From the NCBI GenBank assembly GCA_964234715.1, contig OZ174275.1: 64,000 bases of DNA; one strand, 5' to 3'. Source of the stretch: Podarcis melisellensis. Taxonomy: Eukaryota. The translations under genes and the position numbers were made by a program. Within the stretch, counting starts at the first letter, position 1; the number at the start of each line of letters is the position of its first letter. Of this stretch, positions 1 to 13,521 are shown piece after piece. A model generated the notes under the pieces. It was not told where the DNA came from. It saw only the letters and a program-made list of their open reading frames with translations, and made no database searches.

Positions 1-832
1 TGATATACAGCAGTCTGTTCTGTAATGAAATGTGCATGCTGAGATCTGTTGATATGAAAGCTTTCTATAATGAATGGCCTGCTGCATGCAACAATTCTGT
101 CCCAGATGAACAGCAGTGTGTGGAATGTCAGCCTGAAGAAAGTTCGCTATTGGAGCAAATGTAGTACCAGCTGACCTTGCTACCTGATCCACTGGTTTTT
201 TCAAATAATTTCGAAAGAGGTGATTTTTGTCTTCAGGGACTTTAAAAGAAACTTTGAAAATTAATAAGTGCAGGAACGAAAGTTTTGCACTGCATATGTG
301 TTCTGTATTTTAATCAGGCATACTATAGAAAGTTTAAAGTATAACAACTTTAAAGAAACTTCCACATGCTAAAACAAGTGTGTAGTCTGCTTTCCCATTC
401 AATCAGAAGTTTTAGGGTTCTATTTAAATGTGTCTCTGCTAACACACGGTTTTTTGATCCAGTGGAAGATGCTATAAATGGAAAGTGTGAGGTGGAAATA
501 ATTTTCACAGATATTTTCCCCCTTCCATCTGTCTGACCCACACGTGACCTCCCCCCATCTGTTTCAGAGTTGGGGGCCCTTTTTTGGAATAGTGTAGTGT
601 GTAGCATAGGGAGCTGCAAAAGAAAAAGGGACATTTGCGGGGGTTAATCCCTCCCCCCATTTCCCCACTTGCAGAATGCTCCAGTGGGTTAGAGTTATTT
701 CAGCAGCGGAGCACAATTGGCTACAAGCATTAGGGTGAAATCCAACAGTGGAAATCTACCAGTGGAACGGATAAGTTTGAAAAAGCAAAATAGCTTCCTT
801 TAATGTTTGTTCTCTGATATTTTCTCTTTCAG

Positions 833-1827
833 GTTGTGAAAATGAGGAGTAATCTGGAAAGATTTCAAGTTACTAAACTGTGTCCATTCCAAGACAAAAT
901 TCGAAGACAGTATTTAAGCATAAATGTAAGAGGGAAAAGCAACCTACGAATATGAAATAATAAGGGTAGCATAATGCATTGTTCATATAAATTGCTGATT
1001 GCTAGAAAAAATGGCAAAAGTGATTTGGCGTATATGAAACAGGTACCATTAGCTTCAGAAATAAGGAGACTTTCAGTTTTTTCTAGAGTGGGCAGTGAAC
1101 ACCGGGAAAGTATTTCCTGTAACCCAGCCCCCTTCCTTCTTAAATGTCAACTTCGAAAATGACCACTATGCCCACCTGTTCCTCCCATGTCGTAAAATGC
1201 ACAGCATCTCAATCAACTTTTTAACAGCAGGGACATCACATTAACTGAAGGTACCTTGTGGTCACTATCCTGCTTCAAAGCTTTATCATGATCATGACTC
1301 AAGCGCCCAAACTCTTATTTTCCTATGGGTGGTCTTACTGAATCCATTGCCACAACCTGTATAAGATAAGGCTAAAGGTGATTTTTTTGTGTGAGTTGTT
1401 TAAACTTCCCTTCAAGTTGCTAGCTATATATTGCCAGTATGTACTGTTGTGCAATAGAGGACCAGTAAAAAAAAAGTTCTGACTCATGAAATGAGGTCTT
1501 CTCGTTTACCGTCACTGATCTGTGTGTGATTCTGCTTTTTTTTGCACTCAGAGAAGATGAATACTTGGTGTTCTATACAACTCAGTTCTCCTCAGAGTAG
1601 ACTCAATCAAAATTAACAGTCCAGACTTAAGTCACTCTCATTAACTTCATTGGGTCCACTCTTAATAGGACTAACATTGAATGTAGCCCTTGGCTTAGTA
1701 ATATTTTTGTACTAATTTTTGCAAACCTTGTTTTTTTCAGCTGATAAATCACATAGAAGAAATGCTGCAAACAGCCTACAATAAATTCCACACATGGCAG
1801 TCTCGGCGTATGTTGAAGAAAACGTGA
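833..1827 (+). CDS. GTF2H1: General transcription factor IIH subunit 1 (p62), last two coding exons (gene enters from left of window)
   Basis: Exon 833-925 (tttcAG|...|GTaag) reads [31 protein letters not shown]. Exon 1741-1827 reads [28 protein letters not shown]. Matches the vertebrate TFIIH p62 C-terminus and its known position upstream of LDHA. AATAAA at 2137, 2163 and 2352. Confidence 0.95.
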
Positions 1828-4800
1828 AGACCCAGTGATGCCAGATTTTTTGAGTGGGAAGCATTTGCAATAGCTGTAGGAATGCAGCTACCCAGTGGGG
1901 TATATCTTACAGACAATGCTGGAAAGTCAGCATCATACGGACTCCTGAAAACGATGCTAACTGAACTTGCACACTTTCTGGAAAGAAACAAGAGGTCAAA
2001 CTTGAAAACTAGGAAGTTAAAAGGAACCAAACCAGAAGAGCTAAGTGGCAAATATCTATATCTATAAATGTAAAGACACTGTTTACTGCAGTTACTCAGG
2101 AACTGCTTTTGATTTTCATAAAGAGCTGCTTTCAGAAATAAAAACTTTAAAAAGGGTGTATTAATAAAATCCAAGATTGTTTGTCTAGTTTTTTAAAAGT
2201 GTATGGTACAGGGTAGAAGCTAAACAGTTATTTCTTCACTGTATCCTGGCATTATATTGAATTCTGTTTGTATTTCTAGAAACAGGTTTAACATTTTAAA
2301 TATTATTGAGAGACTTTTTTGCCTCAAATTCCTAAGCAGCTTAGATGCTAAAATAAACAAGTTTTGGTTTTTTTCGCCATGTTTTGCTACAAATCAACAG
2401 CCAATGCACTGATGAAGTTTGGTGTTTAAAGGAGGTACCTTTGGCAGAAAGAGTGCAAAGTTTTATGCAGGATTTTTACCAGCCATCGTTTACATGTTTT
2501 CTTTTTACTGCTAGAGTGTGCTGCTGCAGTTTTTTAAAGTCTGACTTTTGTTTGGAGGTGAAACAAAATCATTTTTAAAGTGAGTTTAAGAAGCTTACAG
2601 AAGTAATAACTTTTTATACTATTGAGGGGAAAAACAATCTTACATGTGCTTTTTTCAGTTCTCTCCTGATGACTGTTAGCGCTGTATCTGGCGACTAGAT
2701 AATCATTGAAGAGTGAAAATACGGTATCTTTAGCTATATGTGGAATCTGTTCCATGTTATGGTCCAAACAGGAAGCATTTCACTCTTACCTAAGATGTAC
2801 CTGCCATGTATTAAATACTTGACTTATAAAAACAAAGTAAACTTGTTTTATATAGTCCATGGAGTCAGACTCCTTATATTTTGTTGTCTTAATGTCTTCC
2901 TCATTAGAAGTCTATTCTAGGACCAAGCAAATGGCTTTGATTATGTGTGTGATGAGATCTATTGAGATATTTTAGAAACCAGTGGTTTATGACTCCCATA
3001 AACCATTATTTTTAGTGGCAACTATTGGAATTCATTGGTAAGTTAGAAACTTTATCCTATTTTCAGAACTGTTCATGCCCAGAAAGAATTATTAGTATTA
3101 CTGATTTACAGTGTATTGGCATGAAGGATCCATGTCTTGAGCCATGTCTATGAACTAGCAGTTTGAGAGCCACAAGAATTTCTCCTCATGCAAGAGTATG
3201 TGATTCTTTACATGCTAACGCAGTGTTCTCCAGTGAATTGATATTCTACAACAACCCAGACTTGATAAGCAGACCACTGTATCTATACTGAAATACTATG
3301 AAGTAGATGTAAGGCATTATCCTTAAACTTGCCACTGCTTGCCTTTAAAGAGGGGCTGCATGTTATGTGTTGCAAAATGATTCTGCTTCTAAATGAAAAG
3401 GAGCTTTCTCTTTGATTGGACGCAGCGAAATGTGAAAAGCTGGAATTAATCATGAATAATAAAAGCTGCTGCTGCTGTGGTAATGTCAACTTACTGAAAC
3501 ATGGCTCTGGTAATACGTCACTGTGTCTTTTGGGTGAGCCCCTCAAGCAAGCGTAATTCTGACGACCTTGTCGGCAGTGTACCAATGACACATACATATC
3601 TTCAAGTACCATCTGTGCAACAAAGAGCGTACTACAGGCGGCAGGCTGAAACAGCTTTTTCATTGTGAAATGCTTCGGTCAGGCTCAAGTGCAGGATTCA
3701 TGTGCACACATTCTACTTGATCCTGTCGCTGTGAAGGCATGAAGGTATACATTTGCACTGATATTTCTGAGCAATAATTAGCTGATACAAACCATAAAGG
3801 TGGGCTTTATCAAAACTTATTCAGACAGATAACCAGATTGACGGTAATTTAACAAAATATTTTTTCTGTCTTCTCTTCCTTTAATTTTAAAGTTTCCATA
3901 GTTATGTCAGGCTTTGGGACAAAAAAGTCTGTAATTGCAGAAATATCCCCAAATAGAGAATCTAAACACCGTGAATGGTTTTTATCAATTCTTTGACTTG
4001 AGAAGTACCATGAGACTCTCCTACCAGAAGATGGCAATAGCACTATCATGCCTACATCATGCCTACTTTCCTTACATAGCTCTTTTGTGCTCCTGCTGTT
4101 TGACCTTTGTTGATTCCAGTACTACTTAAGCATGGTCCAAAACAGATGAGTGGTATTAACTGTGAATTGATGTTTTGCTAACCATGCAGTTATTGGAATC
4201 TGAAGATAGAACTTGTATTGAATGGAAACTCATGCAACTTGTATCACTGGCATTGATCCAAAATTGTAGAATAAATCTGAATTCTGTAGTCAAGTGGTTT
4301 TTCTATGCTTTAGGGTGTCTATCTTGTGACTTCTCTCAAATCAAGAGGAAATATCAACTCGAGAATCTGATAATCATGCTTGTGTAACTGAGTATTTTAA
4401 AGGTTCTTTTGTTTTTGACACACTGAACTGTAATTCATTTCAACATTTTACTTGCAAATATTCTAGGCTGCTGCGGCTGTCCTTCAGTTGAAAGCAAAAT
4501 ATCCTTTCCATCTTTTAAATGGGAGCCTCAGCTGTGTGTGTTACTACTGCTCAGGCATTGCATGTTGGGTAATGGCACACATGCACATCAATGCTCACCC
4601 AACCACACAGTCTGCACATTCAGCAAAAGGTCTAGGAGATCAAAGAAGAACAGAGTGTACAGCTGCAGGAGGCTCTGGTTAGGCACACAAAGAACATTTT
4701 CAGTGATGAATATAATGAAACAATTGATCAAATCTTTTGTTAAAAAAATCATTTACATTTTTACTTGCAAAAAATAGAATACCAAGCATTTTAATCAAAT

Positions 4801-4929
4801 ATTTTTTGAAAAGAAATGCAAAAGTGTGCATGCAGCTCATAATGTCATTAAAATGTGGTGATTATGTATTTCCTAAATATAAGGAGTTCCATAAGTGTAT
4901 TTTTTCCTGGGCTTTATTAATCTAATCCA

Positions 4930-5125
4930 GAGCCAGAGTGTGGGGTAGTGGTTAGAGCCCTGGAATAGGACATGGAAGACCAGCATTCAAATCCCCACTT
5001 GGCCATAGAACTCAGTGGATGACCTCAAGCTGGTAACTGCCTCAACATAACCTACCTTGCAGGCTTGCAGGGACTAAGTGAGGAGAAAGATAACCATGTT
5101 ATGCCACCTTGTGCTCCTTGGATGT
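4930..5125 (+). mobile_element. Degenerate tRNA-derived SINE (MIR/L2-related squamate SINE)
   Basis: A-box-like GTAGTGGTTAGAG and B-box-like ATTCAAATCCC, followed by the typical body ...gatgacct...aacctacctt.caggctt. Confidence 0.55.
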
Positions 5126-5440
5126 AGTCAATCTGCCCCAGAGGGTTGGTGGAACCCTCAGGTTTGGGGAGGGGAAGTTGCATTGCACGTAATGAAACCT
5201 TGCCCCAATTTTCTAGTTTTGTAACTCCGGAGTTAAATTCTTCCTCCACTTGTAAGCTGATTGTGTGTTGTCCAGTCTACCACTGACATTGTACTATAGG
5301 GCTTAGGCTAGGAGTTACTGCCCCACTTCATCACATCCTATGCTTGTTATTTGGCAAAAACAAATCAACGAGATCAGTGGCAAAGAGAAATTGCCTCTTT
5401 CCATGTTATGCAGTACCTGTGGTTCAGTATATATCTCTAG

Positions 5441-5769
5441 TAAAAGGTAAACGGACCCCGGTCCGGTTGTGACTGACTCTGGGGTTGCGGCACTCATCTT
5501 GTTTTATTGGCCAAGGCAGCCAGGGTCATGTGGCCAGCATGACTAAGCGGATTCTGGCGAAGCAGAGCAGCGCACAGAAATGTTTACCTTCCCACCTATT
5601 TAACTACTTGCACTTTGACGTGCTTTCAAATTGCTAGGTTGGCAGGAGAAGAGACTGAGCAACGGGAGCTCACCCCATCGCGGGGATTCGAACCACGGGG
5701 ATTTGAACCGCCGACCTTCTGATCGGCAAGTCCTAGGCTCTGTGGTTTAACCCACAGTGCCACCCGTAC
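5441..5769 (-). mobile_element. Sauria SINE, near full length
   Basis: Reverse complement of the copy at 13522-13880 (shared aaaggtaaa tail, gtcatgtggccagcatgactaagc, gctcacccc, ggtttaacccacag). Possible TSD ctctag at 5435-5440 and 5770-5775. Confidence 0.9.
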
Positions 5770-6741
5770 CTCTAGAATGGGTGCTGTAATGGGGATCTAC
5801 ATTCCATGAGAAAAGGCCTAGTTTTATGCAGGACCGGACTGGCCTTGACATGTACTGGATTATCCTCTGGGGCAGGAAATTTGTTCCTACTGATGTTAAT
5901 TAGGCAATAAGAGAAATGCTGTGGGCCTTAAAAGGTGGAGAATGTCTTACTGTGTCTGCATAATCAGCCACATACTTGTGTCCAACCCCATCCTAGGTGG
6001 CAAATGGTCCATTAAGAGAGATTAGTGGTCTTTTGTCAATGTCAGCCCCTTAAATTGCCTAACAATACCTGAGTTTTTGAGGCTTTGTTCATCCTGGTTC
6101 CCTGTTTCATTCTTAACTAAAGTGGGGAAAAAGGAATTAGATGGTGACATTGCTAGCATTGGCACACACCAATTCTGGTCTCAGTGGGGCTCTGTTGCCT
6201 TTTGTTTTTCTGGGCTCTTGGTTGGTAAGCTGGCCTCAAAACCCAAGGAGAAAACAACCCTTTTGCAAACTGGATTTTTATGGCTAGGAAGCCCAATGAA
6301 TCATGCAAGAGAGATGACAATTTTACTTTTGACTTCTACCCAGCCCCAAACTTCCATGTAAAACTACTCAGTAAGCCTGTTGATCTGCTCCCTTTTCTTT
6401 CTCAGCAGCTCTGGACTGAGGCTGCTTCTGTAGTGGCTCCAGGAATCTGAATGGTGTTTTCCTTTTCAGAGCAGTCTGGGTAATTCTGTAGCACAATTTG
6501 CTTCCTTGATGATTTCCTGGCCATTAATGTCATTACCAGGTCCTCGCTCTGGCAGAGAGACCACTTCACCTTAAGCAAACATTGTTAACAAGCCATTTAC
6601 TCTGAGTCAGATACAATGAGGCAATTGAAACAAAGCAACAGTGTGTCTGAGCTGAACTGTACAACCTTTCAACCTTCTGCTTAGTGAGTATACATTTTGC
6701 CACTGAGCTGCTACAAGCCCTCTCCCTAATACAGTACTGTA

Positions 6742-6877
6742 CAGGCATCCCCAAGCTCGGCCCTCCAGATGTTTTGGGACTACAATTCCCATCATCCCTG
6801 ACCACTGGTCCTGTTAGCTAGGGATGATGGGAGTTGTAGTCCCAAAACATATAGAGGGTCGAGTTTGGGGATGCCTG
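6742..6877. mobile_element. hAT-type palindromic MITE (ctacaattcccatcatccctgaccactggtcctg core)
   Basis: Termini CAGGCATCCCCAA / TTGGGGATGCCTG; whole element is an imperfect palindrome. 8-mer ccctaata on both sides (6724-6731, 6878-6885). Confidence 0.85.
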
Positions 6878-6990
6878 CCCTAATATATTCTTCGTTTGCC
6901 TCTGGCTTAAGCATCATGCTCAATGCAGCAGAAATAGTACATTCTGAGATTGCTGAAGCAATGAGCACCTTTAGATTCTCTACCTCATCA

Positions 6991-7124
6991 CAGAGAATTG
7001 TAGAATTTGTAGAGCTGGAAGGGACCAAAAGGGTCATCTAGTCCAGACCCCTGCATTGCAGGAATATTTGCCCAGCATGGGTTAGTAGAGTCTCATGCTC
7101 TTACTAACCGAGCTATCCCAGCTA
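6991..7124 (-). mobile_element. tRNA-headed SINE with CR1-like 3' tail
   Basis: Minus strand reads agctgggatagctcggttagtaagagcatgag...ggactagatgaccc...cccttccagctctac...attct. Confidence 0.65.
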
Positions 7125-9272
7125 TCATAAAAAAAGAGCAATGGCAGATTGAGCAGTTATAACAGTTGCCTTTGAAGAGTTTGACTAGTTAATCTGAAAT
7201 CTGATGAAGCGGGCTCTGTGCCTTACCCAAAGCTGGATATAACATCCTGGTTATCTACCTGGGTGTACACATCTGGCACATCCAGCAAAACACTGTCTTT
7301 GCCATCTGTGGCTGTCATCTAAGTCAACCATCCTGGTCTCTTCTGTCTCCCCTCACTCCTTTAGATGCTTAGTTAATGGGTGTGGCTTAATTCCTATATG
7401 AAATGCAATAAAGGAAAGTTGAAAGTTGCTAGCTGGACTATACTGGAGAAATGTAAAATACATATTACGTCTTTAAACGTTAATCTGAGTTAGCACAGGC
7501 GGTGGGAAGCTTCTCCTAAACTAGGCTGCCTGGTTCCCATGCCAATGTCCGAGTCCTAGTTCTCATAGAGATGGTAATCCTGTGTTCCCTAGGCTGTGCA
7601 TGACTGAATGAGCCTCCATGCAAAAAGAAATTTAAATAACATCCTGAAGGCTATGCTAGAATCTTTCTCTCTGGCATCATTTTAAAAAGTTGGCAGCAGC
7701 TAGATGTCCATTTGGACCGTTGACTGTAATAGTAATTAGTTCTCTCTCCCCACCCCCACCCCAAGTCTTTGTTATTTTTAATCAAAGATGAAATGTGGGC
7801 TTGTTACACGTAGAACCATTAGTAAAGTCACTGGCCCTACCAAAATTGCTCATTAGCAACAATTAATATTTTGTTTATAAGCAGCCAGCCCTAGAAGGGA
7901 GCAATATGAGCATTTACCTAATTGAAGAAGTTACACTGCAGAACAGCTTATTTTTAAGATTTTGCTGACAATGGGGGTATGATGATGTTCTGGGTAAGGC
8001 CAGTTTTCCTGCTCCCTCTTTGTGTTCAGTGTACGCAGGGAGGGAAACATTGAAAAGGATAAATGAGTTAGGGAACTTGTTTCCACACCCCATCACTTGC
8101 AGATCCTAAAATGCCTGCATTGTTCTGACAGGTCCGTAATTTAACTTAGCACAAGTCAGTCTGAGAGGTATGTTGGAAAAGTTTGTACCTATGCGTCAAA
8201 GAGAGAATTTCGCTCTGAGCTTGCAAACTGGCCTTTGGCAAGAAGTCCTAAACAATTTAAGTAGATAATTGGATGAAAATGCCATCAAACAAGTGCAGTC
8301 GTTGGAACCTGTTACATGAGTTACTTTCCTAGTAAAGTTACACATCACACAGTTGCAAAGCTAGCCATTTCTAGATCTGCACATGTAAATTTCCCTTTCT
8401 CCTGTGAGAACTGGGGAGCTGGAGGAAGCCTTATAGGCCATCTATCTTGTTGCAGTATATCTAGAGATCAAGGGAGGAAGGGAGATTCATTCTGGTTTGG
8501 ACATTTTTTGGGAGAAAGGAGTCAGACATTATTTCTATTTGACCAGGATGTTAAATCTATTGCTATACTTTGTCAAGATCATGACTTAGTACAAACCCAT
8601 CTATGCTAGAGTACTTTCAATATTATAATAACCCTGTTAGTTCTTCCCTGGATTTTATTTTCTGGCATGAAATGTTTTTTGCTATTAACATTTGGTTTTA
8701 AGATATATTTAAAAAAACGAAACGCCTGACTGTCAAGGCTGTAAGAGGTTCACTTTACTGGCAGGACACTGAAAAATGAGTTTCTAAATAATGCATGTGT
8801 TTCAACTGCATCAGTGATGTAACTATATTTGCCATGCAGTACAAAAACAAGCCAGGCTCATGCGCTCTGCTCTGCAGCCACAGCCAGAAAGTGCTCTCAA
8901 CTCTGAATGAACCAGTATAGGTACCTGGAGGCAAGGCAAAAGCAAACAACAATTGTGTCAGGCCGTAGTCCCATGCACGCTTATTTGGAGGTAAATCTGA
9001 CTGAACTTAGCTTGTCTTTATTCTGAGTAAACATACACACAACTGAACTGCATGACTCACAACCAAAGCAACAGGCAAATATTTATTCAGAACTCTGAGG
9101 CAGTGTTTAAAAACAAAAACAAAAAAACTTAATTTCCAGGGCCTAGTCTTCAGAGAGACACTGCCTCCAACACTTTGGCTAGCAGTCACTGATAGCCCTA
9201 TCATCCAATATTTTATCTCATCCTCTTGGGAAGCTATCCAGATTGGTGGCCATCACTTTCCTTTGTCTATCT

Positions 9273-9408
9273 CAATGTTTCCCAAACTTGGGTCCCCAGC
9301 TGTTTTTGAACTACAATTCCCATCATCCCTGACCACTGGTCCTGCTAGCTAGGGATGATGGGAGTTGTAGTCCAAAAACAGCTGGGGACCCAAGTTTGGG
9401 AAACACTG
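9273..9408. mobile_element. hAT-type palindromic MITE, same core family as 6742-6877
   Basis: Termini caatgtttcccaaacttggg / cccaagtttgggaaacactg around the same core. Confidence 0.85.
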
Positions 9409-9656
9409 GACGAATCTTCCAACATTCAGCATCAATGGATGTCTTTGGATTCTTGTCCACCTTCCTCACACTATGATAAATTTATATTGGAGTTTCTAAA
9501 AGGAAGCTTTTCATTATTTGGTCTGGAAGTGACCACTATTTTTACACAAATTTAGCACTTTCTCCCCCTTCATTTTGCCCTAACTTTCCAGCTTCTGCCA
9601 ACATAGTGCTCCTTTTGTGAAATTGAGTACACGTAATATTGTTAGCCAAGTGGAAT

Positions 9657-9785
9657 AAAGGGTAAGGTAAAGGTAAAGAACCCCTGGATGGTTAAGTCCA
9701 GTCAAAGGCAACTATGGGGTGTGGTGCTCATCTTGCGTTTCAGGCCAAGGGAGCTGGCGTTTGTCCACAGACAGCTTTCTGGGTG
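9657..9785 (-). mobile_element. Sauria SINE 3' fragment
   Basis: (aaggta)n tail, then gtggtgctcatct...ggccaagggagc as in the full copies. Confidence 0.7.
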
Positions 9786-10755
9786 CTCCCTTGCCCTGAA
9801 AATGCTGAAAAGCAAATTTAGCAGACTGAAATATTTTTTAAAAACCTGCCCCTTACAATTGTTAATTTTATGTGTATACTGGCTAGATTCTGTTGCTAAG
9901 ACCTCTAAATTCCTATCACAATGCATAATATATCTTGTCTGTCTGTGTCTGTTTGTTTCACTCTGAATAAGGGATGTGTCCCAAATCGTAACTCGTATCT
10001 AGTTCATGTCAATACTGAAGCAGAGATGGCAGCATGACAAACAGAAATGCGATTGCTCCCAGGGACTTGGATGTTAGCAGCAACCTTGAATAACCTGCAT
10101 GCAGATTTTCAGTTCCAACGAGATTCTGGACGCATCCTAAGCATTAAAGGCTCTGTGCCAGAATCCAGCCAACACCCCTAATAACCTTACCATATAATTC
10201 TCTCTCTCTTTCACTGAAGAAGCAGCAAAGCAGATGGACAGATTCACTGGATAGGGTGGGGGAGGTAATTATGCAAAGCTGTTTGCAATAATATTAAAAC
10301 ATCCTCTTCTCTCTTTTTAAAAAGAAGTAGGTTTTTGTGCCATTTGTTGCTAAGCCCTCAGAAACGCAGAAGTAAATCCCATTGTTCAAATATATGTGTA
10401 CAGGACTGCAACGTTATTGCTCCGGCAGAGTGAGTAGCCACAAAAGACCCTCCATGTAAGTTAAAACGCCAGAGCTTTTTATACTGGGGGCAGAGAAAGA
10501 GCCTTACATGACCTTCCAAAAATCTATTTTAGGAAACTCATATATGCCCAATATCCCTTACAGAGGTTACAAGCCAGATGAAATGTCCTCAAGCAAGCTT
10601 ACTGAGAATGGTGCTGAAAAGTATTTTTCAAAGTAGGAGAAATGGTTGAAAGGATATGAAGAAACAGAAAAGGGGTGTGCAGCAGTTGCCTGCCCCACCT
10701 CTCTCTCACACACTGCCAGTCTCTCTGAGTATGAATGGAACAAAGCCTCTAGTGA

Positions 10756-10891
10756 AAGGCTTCCTCAAACTTGGCCCTCCATATGTGTTTGGCCTACAAC
10801 TCCCATGATCCCTAGCTAGCAGGACCAGTGGTCAGGGATGATGGGAATTGTAGTCTCAAAACATCTGGTGGACCAAGGTTGAGGAAGCCTG
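10756..10891. mobile_element. hAT-type palindromic MITE, same core family (reverse orientation)
   Basis: Termini aggcttcctcaa / ttgaggaagcctg; 8-bp TSD ctctagtg at 10747-10754 and 10892-10899. Confidence 0.85.
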
Positions 10892-12332
10892 CTCTAGTGT
10901 TATGGTGCTGAGGCTCAGGTGGGGTAGCCTGTCTGGCTAAGGAGAATATAGACCTGTTATTGTGATAAGTTCCATCCTTCTAGCGGTAAAGTTAAGGCCT
11001 ATCTCATCCTGAAGCAAAATCAGATGATAGAAGCTTTCCCCACACCGTCTGCACTCTGCAAGAAGTCCACCATTAAAAAATATCCATACCAGGAAAAAGT
11101 ACAAACTAATCTGGAGTGCAAACAGTAGAGTAGGTGCAATAAAATGCAATAAAGATCAGCAGATCAGCACACAGACTAGTAGATTCCAATAGGTGTAGGG
11201 CATCCACTGATCACGCTGAGATCACAACTTAACATACATTTATGCCTGCAATTAGTACCAACTGCACAGCAAATGAGGTAGTTTTCAACAGGGACATTCA
11301 ATAAACCTATTGGCCCCAGAGGATAAAAAATATGAAATATGTAAAATCTGCTTTACCAGTGTCTGCTTGTGTAATAATATGCTTCTAAAATTATTATTTA
11401 AAGAGTTCTTTTTAATTATAGCTCTACCAGCAGTTCTCAATCTACCCACCCTGCTCACCATTAAATTCATGTGTGTTTTTTTAACATAGGTGGAAATATG
11501 TAATTTTTATTCCAATACGTAATGCTGTCAGATACTGTGACTATTTTTTCCTTCAATAGCCTAGTCTACTGTCTGTAAATATTCAAACTGAAGTGATATT
11601 TAACCATTAATAAACTTTATAACTTTCTCCTATAGATTTCACTTCATGTTGTATACTAGAATTATGCATGTGTAGGAATTATATTTTATATCATTCAAAG
11701 TATCTTTTGGGAGTGGAGTCTAGACTGTAAATCACTGCAGCAATTGGTGATGTTAGCAAAACTCAACCTGCTGATGATATTCATCCCATATGATAAGTGA
11801 TCAGATGTTACATAATAGGGTTCTTTTCCCCATTGTTTACATTTTGTTCTCCATGTCTGCAAGTTGAAGGGATGTTCTGTTTGTGATATCCTTAAGCACA
11901 CGGACTGAGGAGTTAGTGCCAACCATCCAACTCAGCGGAATGTCCCTCTAGATAAACATATTCTTAGGATCCAGCTGCATGCATTTATGTTAACTTGACA
12001 GCCCAATCCTGAGCATGTTTACTTGAAAGTAAATTTGTTCAGTAGGGATTACTTGCCAATAAGTGTCTTGTCTACAGGATGGCAACTTGGGAGTCAAATG
12101 ACATATTTTTTTTTAGGTATGCTCAATGCTGGTCGCCCCTTTTATTTTACTTCTTTATTTTTTTAAATGCATTTTTATTAAAGATTTATTGGTTTACAAA
12201 AGTATGTGCAATGTCTCTTCTTCAAGTTACATTTTCTGCAGATCAGTTTCATTTGTTGTGAGACATTAGTGTTACGTTAAGGAAAAAAAGGGGGAAAGAG
12301 GTGGAGTAGCAATGCTTCTATTTTCCTTAGCG

Positions 12333-12495
12333 CAGGGGTACCCAAACGTTTTTCAAAGAGGGCCAGATTTTATGAAGTGAACATGTGTGAGAGCTGACCA
12401 AAGTTGTTAAGTTTTTTTTTTTACAATTTTACCCCATGGCATATACTACCACAGGGGCTGGATTAGGCCCCCCAAATGGACTTTGGACATGCCTG
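12333..12495. mobile_element. Non-autonomous hAT element
   Basis: Termini CAGGGGTACCCAAA / TTTGGACATGCCTG; 8-bp TSD ccttagcg (12325-12332) / ccttagtg (12496-12503). Confidence 0.7.
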
Positions 12496-13521
12496 CCTTA
12501 GTGTACGTGTGGGGTTTTGTGTCAGCATCATTACTCATTTTATTTTGTGGCCTAAAGTAGCTGATCAGCAGCTGTTGCTGGGGAAGAGAGATGATCAGAC
12601 AGTGCATTGTAACCTGCCCTGCAGCAGCTGAGGCTGGAAAAGGGAGAAGAGACCCAGGACTACCAGTAAGCCTTCCTGGAAACATTCTTCACTGCATCAT
12701 TGCTCTGAAATATGCTGCTTAGCATGGAGACAGTGAACAGAGAACAGGAGAAAAAGTACAATAAGTAGTCATTTATTTTCTCTCTCTCTCTTTCTCTCTC
12801 TCTCTCTCACACACCATTTTATCTCTGGGTGATAAAGAGCTGGTAATGGAGAAACAGGTAATTATTCAGTATTTCTCTCTGGGTGGGGGACTGGGGCCAA
12901 ATGAGCTCTAGTTCTCTGTGCCATATTACTCAGGCATAGGTGGTGGCTTACTCCTCTAATGGACAGTGACTACAGCTTAGTAGCAGAGCACCACAGTCAG
13001 GGGGTTTCAGAATCAATCCCCAGCAGGCCTGGAAAAGCCTGTGATCTGAAAGTTGCTGATCAGTCTTTAACAACACTGGGCTAGGGACAAAAAACCACAA
13101 CTGTCTTATATGATTGGCAACAGCTCTCCAAGGTTCCAGGCAGGGGTTGTTCCCAGCCCTACCTGGAGATGCTCAGAACTGAACCTAGGACCTTTTGCCT
13201 GCAAAACAGATGCTTTGCTGCCCAGCCAGGATACTGATGGCTAGAGAGGCTAATCTTCTGACTCAGTCTGTGAGCTGCCTACAGTCACTGGCCACCTGCC
13301 TCCTTGCTTGGCTCTGCTGGCCCTCCTCCTCCCTCTGTACTGTCTGCATGAACAGGAAGTGCCTGCAGAGGGAGAGGGCATCTCAGAAATGAGAAGCAGC
13401 AGCCATCACTTGCTCAAAACTTTCTGCAGAGCAGAAGGTGAGCAATCATGCAGAGGGAGGCAGCTGCCTTCTCCCCATTCTCTCTCTCTGGGAGGATTGG
13501 GAGCCTCCACCACTGTGCCAA

